From positions 288,001 to 352,000 of the forward strand of contig OZ242011.1 of assembly GCA_965204755.1 (NCBI GenBank): a DNA stretch of 64,000 nucleotides, read 5' to 3'. How positions within the stretch are numbered: the stretch's first letter is position 1; every line of letters begins with the position of its first letter. The translations under genes were made by a program, and so were the position numbers. The notes under the pieces are model-generated. The model was not told the DNA's origin. It did not search any database and was given only the letters and a program-made list of their open reading frames with translations. This stretch comes from Candidatus Marinacidobacterium sp. Lineage in GTDB: Bacteria > Acidobacteriota > Vicinamibacteria > Marinacidobacterales > Marinacidobacteraceae. Below, in pieces: positions 9,597-19,313 of the stretch.

Positions 9597-11767
9597 CCGA
9601 AGGCACGCGGAACCGGCTCCTCCTTACCGCGGCGCTCGCGCTCGCGGGCGCCCTCCCGGCGGCGGCGCAGGAGCGGCGCCTCGCGGTGACGCCGGAGGAA
9701 ATCGAACTCCGGGTGGGCGAGACCGCCGACCTCGCGGCCGAGGTTCTCGGCCCGGACGGACGCGCGGAGGCGGGCGTGCGCGTCCTGTTCTTCTCCCTCG
9801 ACCCGGCCGATGTGAGCGTGAGCCACACCGGACTGGTCACGGCCCACCGGGCGGGCGAACACACGGTCGTCGCGCTCGCGCCCGACGCCGGAACGACCCC
9901 GGGGTTCACCCGCCCCGACGACCCGGGGATCCGGGTGGAAGTCCCGGTCCGCGCCCTCCCCTCCGAACTCGCCCGCCTCGCCTTCCACGACCTCCCGGAG
10001 CGGGTGTTCGTCGGGGCGAGCGTCCCGCTGCGGCTTCGCGCCGAGGACTCCGGCGCGGAACCGCGCGATGTGCGCGCCGAGATCACCGCCTCCCCGGAGG
10101 AAACGGCCGCCGCGGCCGCGTTCGGGCCGCTCTTCGAAGGGACCTACCACGCCCACCCGTTCTACGACCGGCCGCGCCCGCCGGTGGTCGCCGGGGACGC
10201 CGCCGGCGTGCTGCGCGCGCTGGCGCCGGGAACCGTGACCGTTACCGCCCGCCTCGGGGACCTCACCGCCGAAGCGGAGGTCGAGGTGCTGCCGAACCCG
10301 GCGGCGGAGATCGACCTCGCGGCGTCGTTCGGAGGCGAACCCCTCGCCGGCGCGATCCGGACCGGCGATGTCGCGCGCCTTTCGGCGTCGGTCCTGGACT
10401 CCGGCGGGAGCGCGGTTCCCGGCGCCCCGGTGCGGTTCCGGCTGGAGTCCCATCCCGACCCCAGCCGCGCCGAGACCGTCGGCGCCGGCGCCCCGGCCCA
10501 GGTGGCGGTCTCGGAGGACGGCGCGTCGGCGCGCTTCGTCGCGGAGCAGCCCGGCCTCTACCTCGTCTCCGCCGCTTCCGGGGCGGCGTTCGCCGAAGCC
10601 GCCGTCCGGGTCGTCCCCCGGGAAGTGGCGCAGACCCTCCAGTTCGTGGGACACGCCCCGGTGCGGGACCGGGGCACCTCCGATCTCTGGGTCTGGGAGG
10701 GGCCGGACGGGCGCGACTACGCCGCGCTCGGCACCTGGAACGCCGAAGGCCATGTCTATTTCTTCGATGTGACCGACCCCGCGGCGATGCGGCGGATCTC
10801 CGAAGTCCGGGTGGACGCCCGCACCGTGAACGATGTGAAGGTCTCCGCCGACGGGCGGATCGCGGTCATCACCCGCGAAGGGGCCTCGAACCGCCGCAAC
10901 GGGCTGGTCATCCTGGACATCGCCGACCCGGCGAACCCGGAAATCCTCTCCCGGTTCGACGACGAACTCACCGGCGGCGTCCACAATGTCTTCCTCCACG
11001 AGCGGCACATCTACGCGATCAACAACGGGCGCCGCTGGGATGTCATCAACGCCGAGGACCCCGAGAACCCGTTCCGGGTGGCGCGGTTCGAGGACCTGCG
11101 CCCCGGGCGCAGCGTCCACGATGTCTGGATCGAGGACGGCATCGCCTTCCAGGCGGGCAACACCGACGGGCTGGTGGTGGTGGATGTCGGCGGCGGCGGG
11201 CTCGGCGGCTCGCCCCGGAACCCGGTGGAGATGGGCCGCCTCTACCAACTCACCGGCTGGAACCACGCGGTCTGGCCGTTCCGCAGCCGGTCGGCGGGGA
11301 AGTTCTATGTGGTCACCGGCGACGAGTCCCACCCGGTGAACCCGCGGATCCCGGGCCCGATCATCTCCTGGGAAGAGCGGATGCCGTCCCGCGCCATGGG
11401 CTGGCTCCACTTCAACGAGTTCGACGACCCGGAGCGTCCGAAGGAAGTCGCCCGGTACCGCGTCCCCGACGCCGGGCCGCACAACCTCTGGATCGACACC
11501 GAGCGCGACCTGCTCTACGCCGCCTTCTTCAACGGCGGCCTGCGCGTGGTGGATGTCTCCGGCGAGTTGCTGGGCGACCTCTACCGGCAAGGCCGGGAAG
11601 TGGCGAAGTTCTACCCGGACGACCCGGAGGGCTTCGTCGCCAACGCGCCGTTCGTCTGGGGGCCGCAGCCCCACAAGGGCGTGGTCTTCTTCTCGGACTT
11701 CAACAGCGGCCTCTGGGCGGTCCGCCTCGCCCCCGCCGAAGACCGCTCCCCCCGCCCGGCGCCCTGA
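9593..11767 (+). CDS. Secreted Ig-like-domain + LVIVD-repeat protein (paralog 2)
   Basis: True start MTEGTRNR at 9593 (ATGA overlap with the hipA stop); signal peptide; many blocks identical to paralog 1 (DLWVWEG, VDARTVNDVKVS, WGPQPHKG). Confidence 0.85.
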   Translation: MTEGTRNRLLLTAALALAGALPAAAQERRLAVTPEEIELRVGETADLAAEVLGPDGRAEAGVRVLFFSLDPADVSVSHTGLVTAHRAGEHTVVALAPDAGTTPGFTRPDDPGIRVEVPVRALPSELARLAFHDLPERVFVGASVPLRLRAEDSGAEPRDVRAEITASPEETAAAAAFGPLFEGTYHAHPFYDRPRPPVVAGDAAGVLRALAPGTVTVTARLGDLTAEAEVEVLPNPAAEIDLAASFGGEPLAGAIRTGDVARLSASVLDSGGSAVPGAPVRFRLESHPDPSRAETVGAGAPAQVAVSEDGASARFVAEQPGLYLVSAASGAAFAEAAVRVVPREVAQTLQFVGHAPVRDRGTSDLWVWEGPDGRDYAALGTWNAEGHVYFFDVTDPAAMRRISEVRVDARTVNDVKVSADGRIAVITREGASNRRNGLVILDIADPANPEILSRFDDELTGGVHNVFLHERHIYAINNGRRWDVINAEDPENPFRVARFEDLRPGRSVHDVWIEDGIAFQAGNTDGLVVVDVGGGGLGGSPRNPVEMGRLYQLTGWNHAVWPFRSRSAGKFYVVTGDESHPVNPRIPGPIISWEERMPSRAMGWLHFNEFDDPERPKEVARYRVPDAGPHNLWIDTERDLLYAAFFNGGLRVVDVSGELLGDLYRQGREVAKFYPDDPEGFVANAPFVWGPQPHKGVVFFSDFNSGLWAVRLAPAEDRSPRPAP

Positions 11768-11846
11768 ACCGGCGGCCTTCGCCGGCGCGCTCGACCGGCG
11801 CCGCGGCCGGTTCACCAACCGGGCCCGGCCCGGGTGGCAGATACCG

Positions 11847-11922
11847 TGTGTCAGAAAATATGTAGCAATTGGTCTGACACAGACGATTTGACATCTGAAC
11901 TGAGACACACCATAATCCCGTC
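11847..11922 (+). promoter_or_regulatory. Sigma70 promoter with upstream inverted-repeat operator for the vapBC module (leaderless)
   Basis: TTGACA 11888-11893, 17-nt spacer, CATAAT 11911-11916, ATG 6 nt later; inverted repeat TGTGTCAGA (11847-55) / TCTGACACA (11873-81). Confidence 0.8.
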
Positions 11923-12246
11923 ATGCCGAAACACAAGGTTCAGGTGACTCTCGCCCCCTACGACTACGAGGCTGTCCGGCGCGCTGCAGAACGGCGGGGG
12001 CAAACGCTCGCCTATGTCGTGCGGGAAGCCGTGGTCGAGTACTGCGTGAAGCCGGACTCGAAGGAGCGCCGGCTCCGGGCGATCGACGAGATCGTCGCGG
12101 CGGAACCCGTCGACGCGCCCGAAGATCTGGAAGCCTGGGAACGCGAGTACAGCGCGATGAAGGCCGGCGGGGACTGCGGCGGAATCTCCCGCGAAGAGTT
12201 CCTTCGCATCACGAGCCCGCCGGACGACTCGTCCGATCCGGAATGA
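11923..12246 (+). CDS. Ribbon-helix-helix (CopG-like) antitoxin, VapB
   Basis: KVQVTLAPYDYEAVRRAAERRGQTLAYVVREAV RHH pattern; ATGA overlap with the PIN gene. Confidence 0.8.
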   Translation: MPKHKVQVTLAPYDYEAVRRAAERRGQTLAYVVREAVVEYCVKPDSKERRLRAIDEIVAAEPVDAPEDLEAWEREYSAMKAGGDCGGISREEFLRITSPPDDSSDPE

Positions 12247-12704
12247 CCCTCCCCGACGAAATGGACGGCGCCGCCCGGTCGGAGGCGATCTTCGTGGACG
12301 CGAACATCCCCATGTATGCGGCCGGGAGGGACCCGAAAGCGCGGCAAGCGGTTGCGGCCGCCGTTCGCCACGCCGTGCAGAACGACATCCCGCTGGTCAC
12401 GAGCGCCGAAGTCTTCCAGGAGGTCCTCCACCGCTATTCCGCGCAGAGGGAGATGGAGACCGGGCGAACCGCGTACCGCTTCCTCGCGCGCATCTGCAGC
12501 GAGGTCCTGCCGGTGGAGGAACGGCACACCGCGCTGGCGCTCGAGTTGCTCCGGATCCATCAGCGCATCTCCGCCCGGGACGCCTTGCATGCGGCCGTCA
12601 TGGAGGTTGCGGGCATCCATTCGATCCTCACCGAGGATCGCCACTTCGACCAGATCCCGGGAATTCGCCGGGTGGCTCCGGCCGAACTGGCTTCGGAACG
12701 GTGA
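12243..12704 (+). CDS. vapC: PIN-domain toxin VapC
   Basis: IFVDANIPMY, EVFQE, RDALHAA and TEDRHFD acidic PIN residues. Confidence 0.9.
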   Translation: MTLPDEMDGAARSEAIFVDANIPMYAAGRDPKARQAVAAAVRHAVQNDIPLVTSAEVFQEVLHRYSAQREMETGRTAYRFLARICSEVLPVEERHTALALELLRIHQRISARDALHAAVMEVAGIHSILTEDRHFDQIPGIRRVAPAELASER

Positions 12705-12780
12705 CCTCGCGACCGGCCGAATCCGCCGAAGCCCCTTCGACGCCGTGCGGCCACACTCCCGTTACGCCTGAGGCCCTTCC

Positions 12781-13293
12781 ATGCGCACTGCCCTACCCTT
12801 CGTCTTCGCCCTGGTGACCGCCTTGGCCTGGGGCCTCTACGGCCCGACCCTCGGCCAAGCCCGGCTGGCCGACGCGGCGGCGAGCCCGTTCAAGCCCTAC
12901 TTCGCCATCGGCATCGCCTACCTGGTGGTGGCGATCAGCGGCGGACTGCTCGGAATGTGGCTGCGCGGCGACACCTTCTCGTTCGGCGCCTCCGGCGCCG
13001 GCGCCCTGGGCTGGGGTTTCCTCGCCGGGCTCCTCGGCGCCGCCGGGGCCTTCGGCCTCACGATGGCGATGTTCACCGGCGGCGCCCGCATCCCCCACGC
13101 CGTGATGCCGGTGGTCTTCGGCGGCGCGGTAACCGTGAGCGCCCTCTACGGTTTCTTCACCTCCACCGCCGAATCCCGCGGCGGCCCCCTCCTCTGGCTC
13201 GGCGTCGCCCTCATGCTCGCCTCCACCATCCTCATCACCGCCAACACCCCCCATCCACCACCCCCGCCCGCCGCGGGATCGAGTGCCCGATAG
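12781..13293 (+). CDS. Small ~5-TM membrane protein (EamA/DMT half-transporter-like)
   Basis: About five hydrophobic Gly-rich helices (AWGLYGP, VMPVVFGGA). Confidence 0.7.
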   Translation: MRTALPFVFALVTALAWGLYGPTLGQARLADAAASPFKPYFAIGIAYLVVAISGGLLGMWLRGDTFSFGASGAGALGWGFLAGLLGAAGAFGLTMAMFTGGARIPHAVMPVVFGGAVTVSALYGFFTSTAESRGGPLLWLGVALMLASTILITANTPHPPPPPAAGSSAR

Positions 13294-13711
13294 CGTCGTC
13301 CTTCGCGGCCCTGACCGGCTCGCGCGAACGCTCACCCGGGACGCGAGAGCGGAGTTGCGGCGTCGGCTTCGGAGTTATCTCGATCTTCCCGAGGACTTGG
13401 GGCCGCCGGATATGGCGGGCAATCCCGTGGTGAAGCCGACGAGCGCCGCGGTAAACGAGGCGCTTCGATTCCTCGACGCCCTGCCGGCCGGCGTCCTGTC
13501 ACCATCGGTGAGTTGGGCTGAAGACGGCGAGGTCGGCTTCTATTGGGGCGGCGAAGGCATCTATGTGGATGTCGGCTTCTACGGCGACGGGAACATCGGT
13601 TACTACGCCAGTGTCGCGGCGGCGGGTATCGACCACGACGGAGACGAGGACTTCGCCGACGGGGCGCTGCCGCAGCCCTTGGTTTCGGCGATCGCCGCGC
13701 TGTCTCCCTGA
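13283..13711 (+). CDS. Hypothetical protein
   Basis: Non-shadow composition with ALRFLDALP...PSVSWAEDGEVGFYW; the start codon is uncertain. Confidence 0.55.
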   Translation: MPDSVVLRGPDRLARTLTRDARAELRRRLRSYLDLPEDLGPPDMAGNPVVKPTSAAVNEALRFLDALPAGVLSPSVSWAEDGEVGFYWGGEGIYVDVGFYGDGNIGYYASVAAAGIDHDGDEDFADGALPQPLVSAIAALSP

Positions 13712-13744
13712 GTCCGCCGGCCGCCGCCTCCCGGAGCCGGCGAG

Positions 13745-14821
13745 TCAGTCTTCCAGCAGCAATCGCAGGCCGGCGCGGGTGATTCCGGCGCCGCTGATTA
13801 CGAGGGCGGCGCGGCGGCGGCCTTCGCCGAGGTCGAGGTGGGAGAGGGCGGCCACGGGGAGGGCGGCGGAGCCTTCCACTACCGCGAACCGCTCCCGGAA
13901 GACGCGGCGCATCGCGTCGGCGATCTCCTCCTCGGACACCAGGATCCAGTCGTCGAGGAGGCGGGCGCAGAGGTCGAGGGTGATCGAGTCGGTCTCCACT
14001 CCGCCGGCGACGCCGTCGGCCAGGGTCGGCTCGAAGGGGACTTCCGTCCCCGACTCCAGGATGCGGCCGGCTTCGACGGAGGCGGCCAGCACCGCCGACG
14101 CCCGGGGCTGGCAGCCGACCAGGCGGAGGTCCGGGCGGCGGTGGCGCAGCCAGCCGGCGACGCCGGCGGCGAGCCCGCCCCCGCCCACCGGGATGAGCGC
14201 GGCGTCGAGCGGCTCGCCGCCGAGGGCGCGGTCCATCTCCAGCCCCGCCGTCCCCTGCCCGGCCACGATGTCCGGGTCGTTGTAGGGCGAGACGAAGGGG
14301 CGCCCGCCGCGCTCGGCCTCGGCGCGGGCGGCGCGCTCCGCTTCGATGGCGTCCTCCCCGACCAGCCGCAACTCCACGACCCCGGAGTAGCGCTCGGCCA
14401 GCGCGGCCCGCTTCGACTCCGCCACCGTCCGGGGGAGGAAGACGACTCCCCGTCCGCCGAGGCGCGAGAGCGCCCAGGCCACGGCGCGGGCGTGGTTCCC
14501 GGAGGAGGCGGTGACCACCCCCTCGCGGAGCGCCGCCGCGCCGCCGGTCTCCCGGAGCCGGAGCAGTTTGTTCAGCGCCCCCCGCGCCTTGAACGAGCCG
14601 GTGGTCTGGAAGCACTCCCACTTGGCGAACACCTCCCACCCCGGGCCGGGGGCGAGTCCCGGCGCCGGCTCGAACGGCGTTTCGGAGAGATACGGCGCGA
14701 GCCGCTCCGACGCCGCGCGGATCTCCTCCGGCAGCCTCTCCGCGAACCCCCCGGAAGCGGCCGCCTCCTCAGCCGGACCGCGCCGCCGACCCGCGCCGGA
14801 AGCGGGCGCCGGGCGGCTCAC
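13745..14821 (-). CDS. PLP-dependent threonine/serine dehydratase
   Basis: FQTTGSFKARGA, ASSGNH, PVGGGGL, EGSAA and ISG motifs; the exact start is uncertain. Confidence 0.9.
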   Translation of the reverse strand: MSRPAPASGAGRRRGPAEEAAASGGFAERLPEEIRAASERLAPYLSETPFEPAPGLAPGPGWEVFAKWECFQTTGSFKARGALNKLLRLRETGGAAALREGVVTASSGNHARAVAWALSRLGGRGVVFLPRTVAESKRAALAERYSGVVELRLVGEDAIEAERAARAEAERGGRPFVSPYNDPDIVAGQGTAGLEMDRALGGEPLDAALIPVGGGGLAAGVAGWLRHRRPDLRLVGCQPRASAVLAASVEAGRILESGTEVPFEPTLADGVAGGVETDSITLDLCARLLDDWILVSEEEIADAMRRVFRERFAVVEGSAALPVAALSHLDLGEGRRRAALVISGAGITRAGLRLLLED

Positions 14822-14910
14822 CCCGAAGGCCCGGACGCCCGGAGGTCAGTTAGCATTTCCGGTTCCCCCGCGCCCCGCGCCGCCGAGCCGATCTCCATGG
14901 AGAAGAGTCT

Positions 14911-16545
14911 ATGAGTCAAGGCATCCAGTCCGTCCCCCGCCCCGCCAACGAGCCGGTCCTCGGCTACGAGGCCGGGAGCCCCGAACGCGCCGCCCTCCAG
15001 GCGGAACTCGAACGCCAGTCCGGGGAGACCCTCGAGATCCCCGCCATCATCGGCGGGAAGGAAGTCCGCACCGGCCGACTCGCCGAAGTGCGCTCCCCCC
15101 ACGACCACGGGAAACTGCTCGCCCGCTACCACGAGTCCACTCCGGAAGTCGTGGAGCAGGCGGTCGCGGCGTCGGCCGCCGCCTGGAACGAGTGGTCGGA
15201 ACTCGACTACCGGGCGCGGGCCAGCCTCTACCTGCGGATCGCCGACCTGCTCGCCGGCCCCTGGCGGGCGCGGATGAACGCCGCCACCATGCTCGGGCAG
15301 TCCAAGACCTGCCACCAGGCGGAGATCGACGCGGCGTGCGAGTTCGCGGACATGCTCCGCTTCAACGCCTACTTCCTCGACCGGTTGGTGCGCCAGCAGC
15401 CGGCCGGCGAGAACGACCCCGGCATCTGGAACTACCTGGAGTACCGGGCGCTCGAGGGTTTCATCTTCGCGGTCAGCCCGTTCAACTTCACCGCCATCGG
15501 CGGAAACCTCCCCACCGCGGCGGCGATCATGGGGAACACCGTCGTCTGGAAGCCGGCGGAAGCGCAGATGCTCTCCGCCTGGTACCTGATGCAGATGTAC
15601 CGGGAAGCCGGTCTGCCGGACGGCGTCATCAACATGGTTCCCGGCAACGGCCCGGTCATCGGCGGGGCGGCGCTCACCCGGGAAAACCTCGCCGGGGTGC
15701 ACTTCACCGGCTCCACCGCCACCTTCCAGCACATCTGGAAGACCATCGGCGAGAACATCTCCGGCTACCGCTCCTATCCCCGCATCGTCGGGGAAACCGG
15801 CGGCAAGAACTTCGTCGTCGCGCACGAGAGCGCGGACACCGGGGCGCTGGTCGCCGGACTCATCCGGGGCGCTTACGAGTACCAGGGGCAGAAGTGTTCG
15901 GCCGCTTCGCGGGCCTATCTGCCGGAGAGCCTTCGCGGCGAGTTCCTGGATCGTTTCCGCGAGGAAGCGAAGACGGTCCGGATGGGCGATGTCGCGGACT
16001 TCTCGAACTTCATGGGCGCGGTGATCCACGAGAGATCGTTCGACAAGGTGTCCGGTTACCTCGACCACGCGAAGAGCGATCCGCACTCCGAGGTCGTCAC
16101 GGGCGGAGGCGCCGACCGTTCCGACGGCTGGTTCGTCGAGCCCACGCTGGTGGTGACCGACGATCCCGCGAACAAGTTGATGACCGAGGAGATCTTCGGC
16201 CCGGTGCTCACCGTGTTCTTCTATCCCGACGACCGGTACGGCGAGACGCTCGACCTCTGCCGCGACACCTCCCCCTACGGGCTCACCGGGGCGGTGTTCG
16301 CGAACGACCGGCTGGCGGTGGAGCAGGCGTACGGCGCGCTCCGCCACGCCGCCGGCAACTTCTACATCAACGACAAGCCCACCGGCGCGGTCATCGGGCA
16401 GCAGCCCTTCGGCGGCGGCCGCGCTTCCGGCACGAACGACAAGACCGGCGCCGGCTCCCACCTGCTGCGCTGGACGAGCATGCGCACCGTCAAGGAGAAC
16501 TTCGCCCCGGCGAAGGACTACCGCTACTCCTTCCTCGACTCCTGA
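14911..16545 (+). CDS. pruA: L-glutamate gamma-semialdehyde (P5C) dehydrogenase
   Basis: QAEIDAACE, SPFNFTAI, FTGST, GETGGK, YQGQKCSA, INDKPTGA and FGGGRASGTNDK motifs. Confidence 0.95.
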   Translation: MSQGIQSVPRPANEPVLGYEAGSPERAALQAELERQSGETLEIPAIIGGKEVRTGRLAEVRSPHDHGKLLARYHESTPEVVEQAVAASAAAWNEWSELDYRARASLYLRIADLLAGPWRARMNAATMLGQSKTCHQAEIDAACEFADMLRFNAYFLDRLVRQQPAGENDPGIWNYLEYRALEGFIFAVSPFNFTAIGGNLPTAAAIMGNTVVWKPAEAQMLSAWYLMQMYREAGLPDGVINMVPGNGPVIGGAALTRENLAGVHFTGSTATFQHIWKTIGENISGYRSYPRIVGETGGKNFVVAHESADTGALVAGLIRGAYEYQGQKCSAASRAYLPESLRGEFLDRFREEAKTVRMGDVADFSNFMGAVIHERSFDKVSGYLDHAKSDPHSEVVTGGGADRSDGWFVEPTLVVTDDPANKLMTEEIFGPVLTVFFYPDDRYGETLDLCRDTSPYGLTGAVFANDRLAVEQAYGALRHAAGNFYINDKPTGAVIGQQPFGGGRASGTNDKTGAGSHLLRWTSMRTVKENFAPAKDYRYSFLDS

Positions 16546-16617
16546 CCCGCCGCGCGGGCGGCCGGTTTCCGCAACCGCCCGCGCCTCCCCCGGCGGCGAA
16601 ACGCCGTCACTGCTCCG

Positions 16618-17847
16618 TCAGGGCAGGCGCAGCACCACGATCCGGTTGGTGTTGGTTCCGGAGCGGTTGTTCTCGACGCCCCAGGTGTTGGAGGTCTTGG
16701 TGAACTCCTGTTCGTTCACGACGAAACAGACGAGGGCCCAAGCGCTGTCGCGCGCCACCTCCGCCACGACCCGATCCAGCAGCAACGAACCCTTGCGGAC
16801 TTCGCCGACCTCGAAGGCGAAGACGCTGCCGCTTTCCGAGATCGCCGCCACATTGTCGAGCGCGGCGCGCACCAGCGCTTTCCATTCGTCGAGTTTCCCG
16901 GTCTGGGTGATCCCGACGCGGGCCGGTTCGATACCGGCGAACCAGCAGCGCATCCAGTTGTCCGCGCGGTAGTTCACGATGTCCAGGAACGGCGGCGAAG
17001 TCACCGCCAGCCGCACCGGCGGGCCGTCGTAGCGGAACGGTTGGAGAACGGACTGTCCGAAGAAACCGCGGGAAGTCCCCGAAGGCGCCCGCAACGGAAG
17101 GTCGCGCAGCAGGGAGCGGGTCTTCCGCAGGATGAGCGCGGGGACTTCCCGATACTCCGGCGCCTGTCCCAACCGCTCGTTGTTCTTCCGTTGCCGTTCC
17201 AGGGACGCCGCCTGGTTCGGGGGCAGCGTATAGACCGAGAAGAACCCCCTGGAGTGGCCGGTCAACCGGTTGAGCGCCACCATCCGGATCCAGCGATCGA
17301 CCGCGTCTTCCGATCCGTCCGCGCGGCGCGCGGCGAGGTAGCCGCGTAACCGGCAGATCTCGTTCAGGGTCTCCGGGTGGAAGAAGACCCGGAGGTCCTC
17401 CGGGCAGTCCGCGGGTTCGTCCAGCGCGAGCGCCGCCAGCCGCGCCTCGACGGCTTCCGGGGGCGGCGGGTCGAGACGCGGTTCGATCATCAGCCGGGCG
17501 AGCGGATTCACATCGTTGCCCAGGGTGTCCCGTCCGGAAAGCGACGCTTCGAGCAAGGTGGTGCCGCGCCCCATGAACGGGTCGAACACCAGGTCGCCCG
17601 GCGCGGTCAACCGGCGGATGAAGAACGCCGGCAGTTGCGGCTTGAAGCAGGCGCGGTAGGAGACTTCGTGGAGGGAATGCCCCGCCCGCTGTTTCGCCGT
17701 CCAGTATTCGTTGGCGAATACCGGAGCGCCGCCGTACTCGGAAACGGCGGTCGGTTTCCCGAAACGACGCCATCCTTCGAGTTCGCCGAGGAACTCGTCG
17801 GGCGCGCGCCGCCTCTCCGTCTCGAAGAGCGGCGCTACCGCGGCCAC
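16618..17847 (-). CDS. Orphan amino (N4-C/N6-A) DNA methyltransferase-like protein
   Basis: Motif I DPFMGRGTT precedes motif IV TSPPF; no adjacent endonuclease. Confidence 0.8.
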   Translation of the reverse strand: MAAVAPLFETERRRAPDEFLGELEGWRRFGKPTAVSEYGGAPVFANEYWTAKQRAGHSLHEVSYRACFKPQLPAFFIRRLTAPGDLVFDPFMGRGTTLLEASLSGRDTLGNDVNPLARLMIEPRLDPPPPEAVEARLAALALDEPADCPEDLRVFFHPETLNEICRLRGYLAARRADGSEDAVDRWIRMVALNRLTGHSRGFFSVYTLPPNQAASLERQRKNNERLGQAPEYREVPALILRKTRSLLRDLPLRAPSGTSRGFFGQSVLQPFRYDGPPVRLAVTSPPFLDIVNYRADNWMRCWFAGIEPARVGITQTGKLDEWKALVRAALDNVAAISESGSVFAFEVGEVRKGSLLLDRVVAEVARDSAWALVCFVVNEQEFTKTSNTWGVENNRSGTNTNRIVVLRLP

Positions 17848-17890
17848 TGCGCCCCGGGGAACCGACGAACGACCGAGACCCCGCGCGGCC

Positions 17891-19171
17891 TCAGGTAACG
17901 GCTTCCCGCCGGGCGAAGCGGGGGTTTCGGTACTCGCCGCTCGCGAGGATTTCGCGGAGCGACTCCACCGCGGCGCCGATGTCCCGGTACCGCAGGTAGA
18001 GCGGTGCGAAACCGAAGCGCATCAGGTCCGGCTCGCGGAAGTCGCCGACGACGCCCCGGGCGATGAGCGCCTGCACCACCGGGAAACCGTGTTCGTGGCG
18101 GAGCGAGACCTGGCTGCCGCGCTCCGCCGCGTTTCGCGGACTGGCCACTTCGACGCCGAACGGGGACAGCCGCTCGTCGGCCAGCCGGATGAAGAGGTCG
18201 CCGAGCGCGCGGCTCTTCGCTTCGAGTTCCGCGAGGGACACGCCGTCGAAACTCCGGAGGCCCTCTTCGAGCGCGGCGAGCGCGAGGATCGGCGGGGTCC
18301 CCGTGAGGAAACGCCGCATTCCCGGCGCCGGCCGGTACTCCGCGGGAAAGTCGAACGGACGGGCGTGGCCCATCCAGCCGCAGAGCGGTGTTTCCAACTC
18401 TTCCTGCCGCTCCCGGGCGACGAACAGGAACCCGGGGGCGCCCGGCCCGCCGTTCAGGTACTTGTAACCGCAGCCCACGGCGAACTCGGCGCCCGCGTCC
18501 CGGAGATCCACCGGGAACGCGCCGGCGCTGTGGCTCAGGTCCCAGACCACCGGGACGCCGACGCCCGCGGCGGCCTCCGTGAACCCCCGCAGACCGCGCT
18601 TCCGTCCGGTGCGGAAGTCCACCTGGGTGACGACCGCCGCGGCCACCGACGAGTCGAGGGAACCCTCCAACTCCTCCGGTTCCACCAGCCGCAACTCGGC
18701 GCGCTCCTCGCCGAGCAGCCGCGCGAGTCCCTCGGCCATGTAGAGGTCCGTGGGGAAGTTGCCCAGGTCGGACAGGAGGACCCGGCGCGGCGCCGAGCGG
18801 CGAAGGAGCGCCGCCAGCAGTTTGTAGAGGTTCAGCGAAACCGAATCGGCGGCGATGACTTCGTCTTCCGCCGCGCCGACCAGCGGGGCGATCCGGGCGC
18901 CCACCCGTTCGGGCAGACGGAACCACCCCCGGCGGTTCCAGGCGCCGATCAGGTCCCCGCCCCACTCGGCGGAGATCCGCCGGGACACTTCCCGCTCGAC
19001 CGTCCGCGGCGGCGGGCCGAGGGAGTTGCCGTCGAGGTAGGTCACCCCCTCCGGCAGGACGAAGCGCTCCCGGAAACGCGCCAGCGGATCGCGGCGGTCG
19101 CGCTCTTCCCACTCGGCGCTCCCCGCCAGGACGGCGGAGACGGCGGAGGACGCCGGCGCCGTTTCGAGCAC
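17891..19171 (-). CDS. kynU: Kynureninase
   Basis: YLDGNSLG, WDLSHSAG, GCGYKYLNGGPG, RGSQVS and DFREPD motifs; TATAAT 6 nt before the GTG (leaderless). Confidence 0.95.
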   Translation of the reverse strand: MLETAPASSAVSAVLAGSAEWEERDRRDPLARFRERFVLPEGVTYLDGNSLGPPPRTVEREVSRRISAEWGGDLIGAWNRRGWFRLPERVGARIAPLVGAAEDEVIAADSVSLNLYKLLAALLRRSAPRRVLLSDLGNFPTDLYMAEGLARLLGEERAELRLVEPEELEGSLDSSVAAAVVTQVDFRTGRKRGLRGFTEAAAGVGVPVVWDLSHSAGAFPVDLRDAGAEFAVGCGYKYLNGGPGAPGFLFVARERQEELETPLCGWMGHARPFDFPAEYRPAPGMRRFLTGTPPILALAALEEGLRSFDGVSLAELEAKSRALGDLFIRLADERLSPFGVEVASPRNAAERGSQVSLRHEHGFPVVQALIARGVVGDFREPDLMRFGFAPLYLRYRDIGAAVESLREILASGEYRNPRFARREAVT

Positions 19172-19313
19172 GATCCGATTATAGGAACGCCCCTCCCCGA
19201 CGCGCCCGCCGATACCCCCCTCCGACGCCCCCGCCGACCCTCCCGCCTCTTACACTGACTCCCCGGCCTCCGCGCGGCCGGCGCGCCCGAAACCACCCGA
19301 CCGCCCGACCCCG

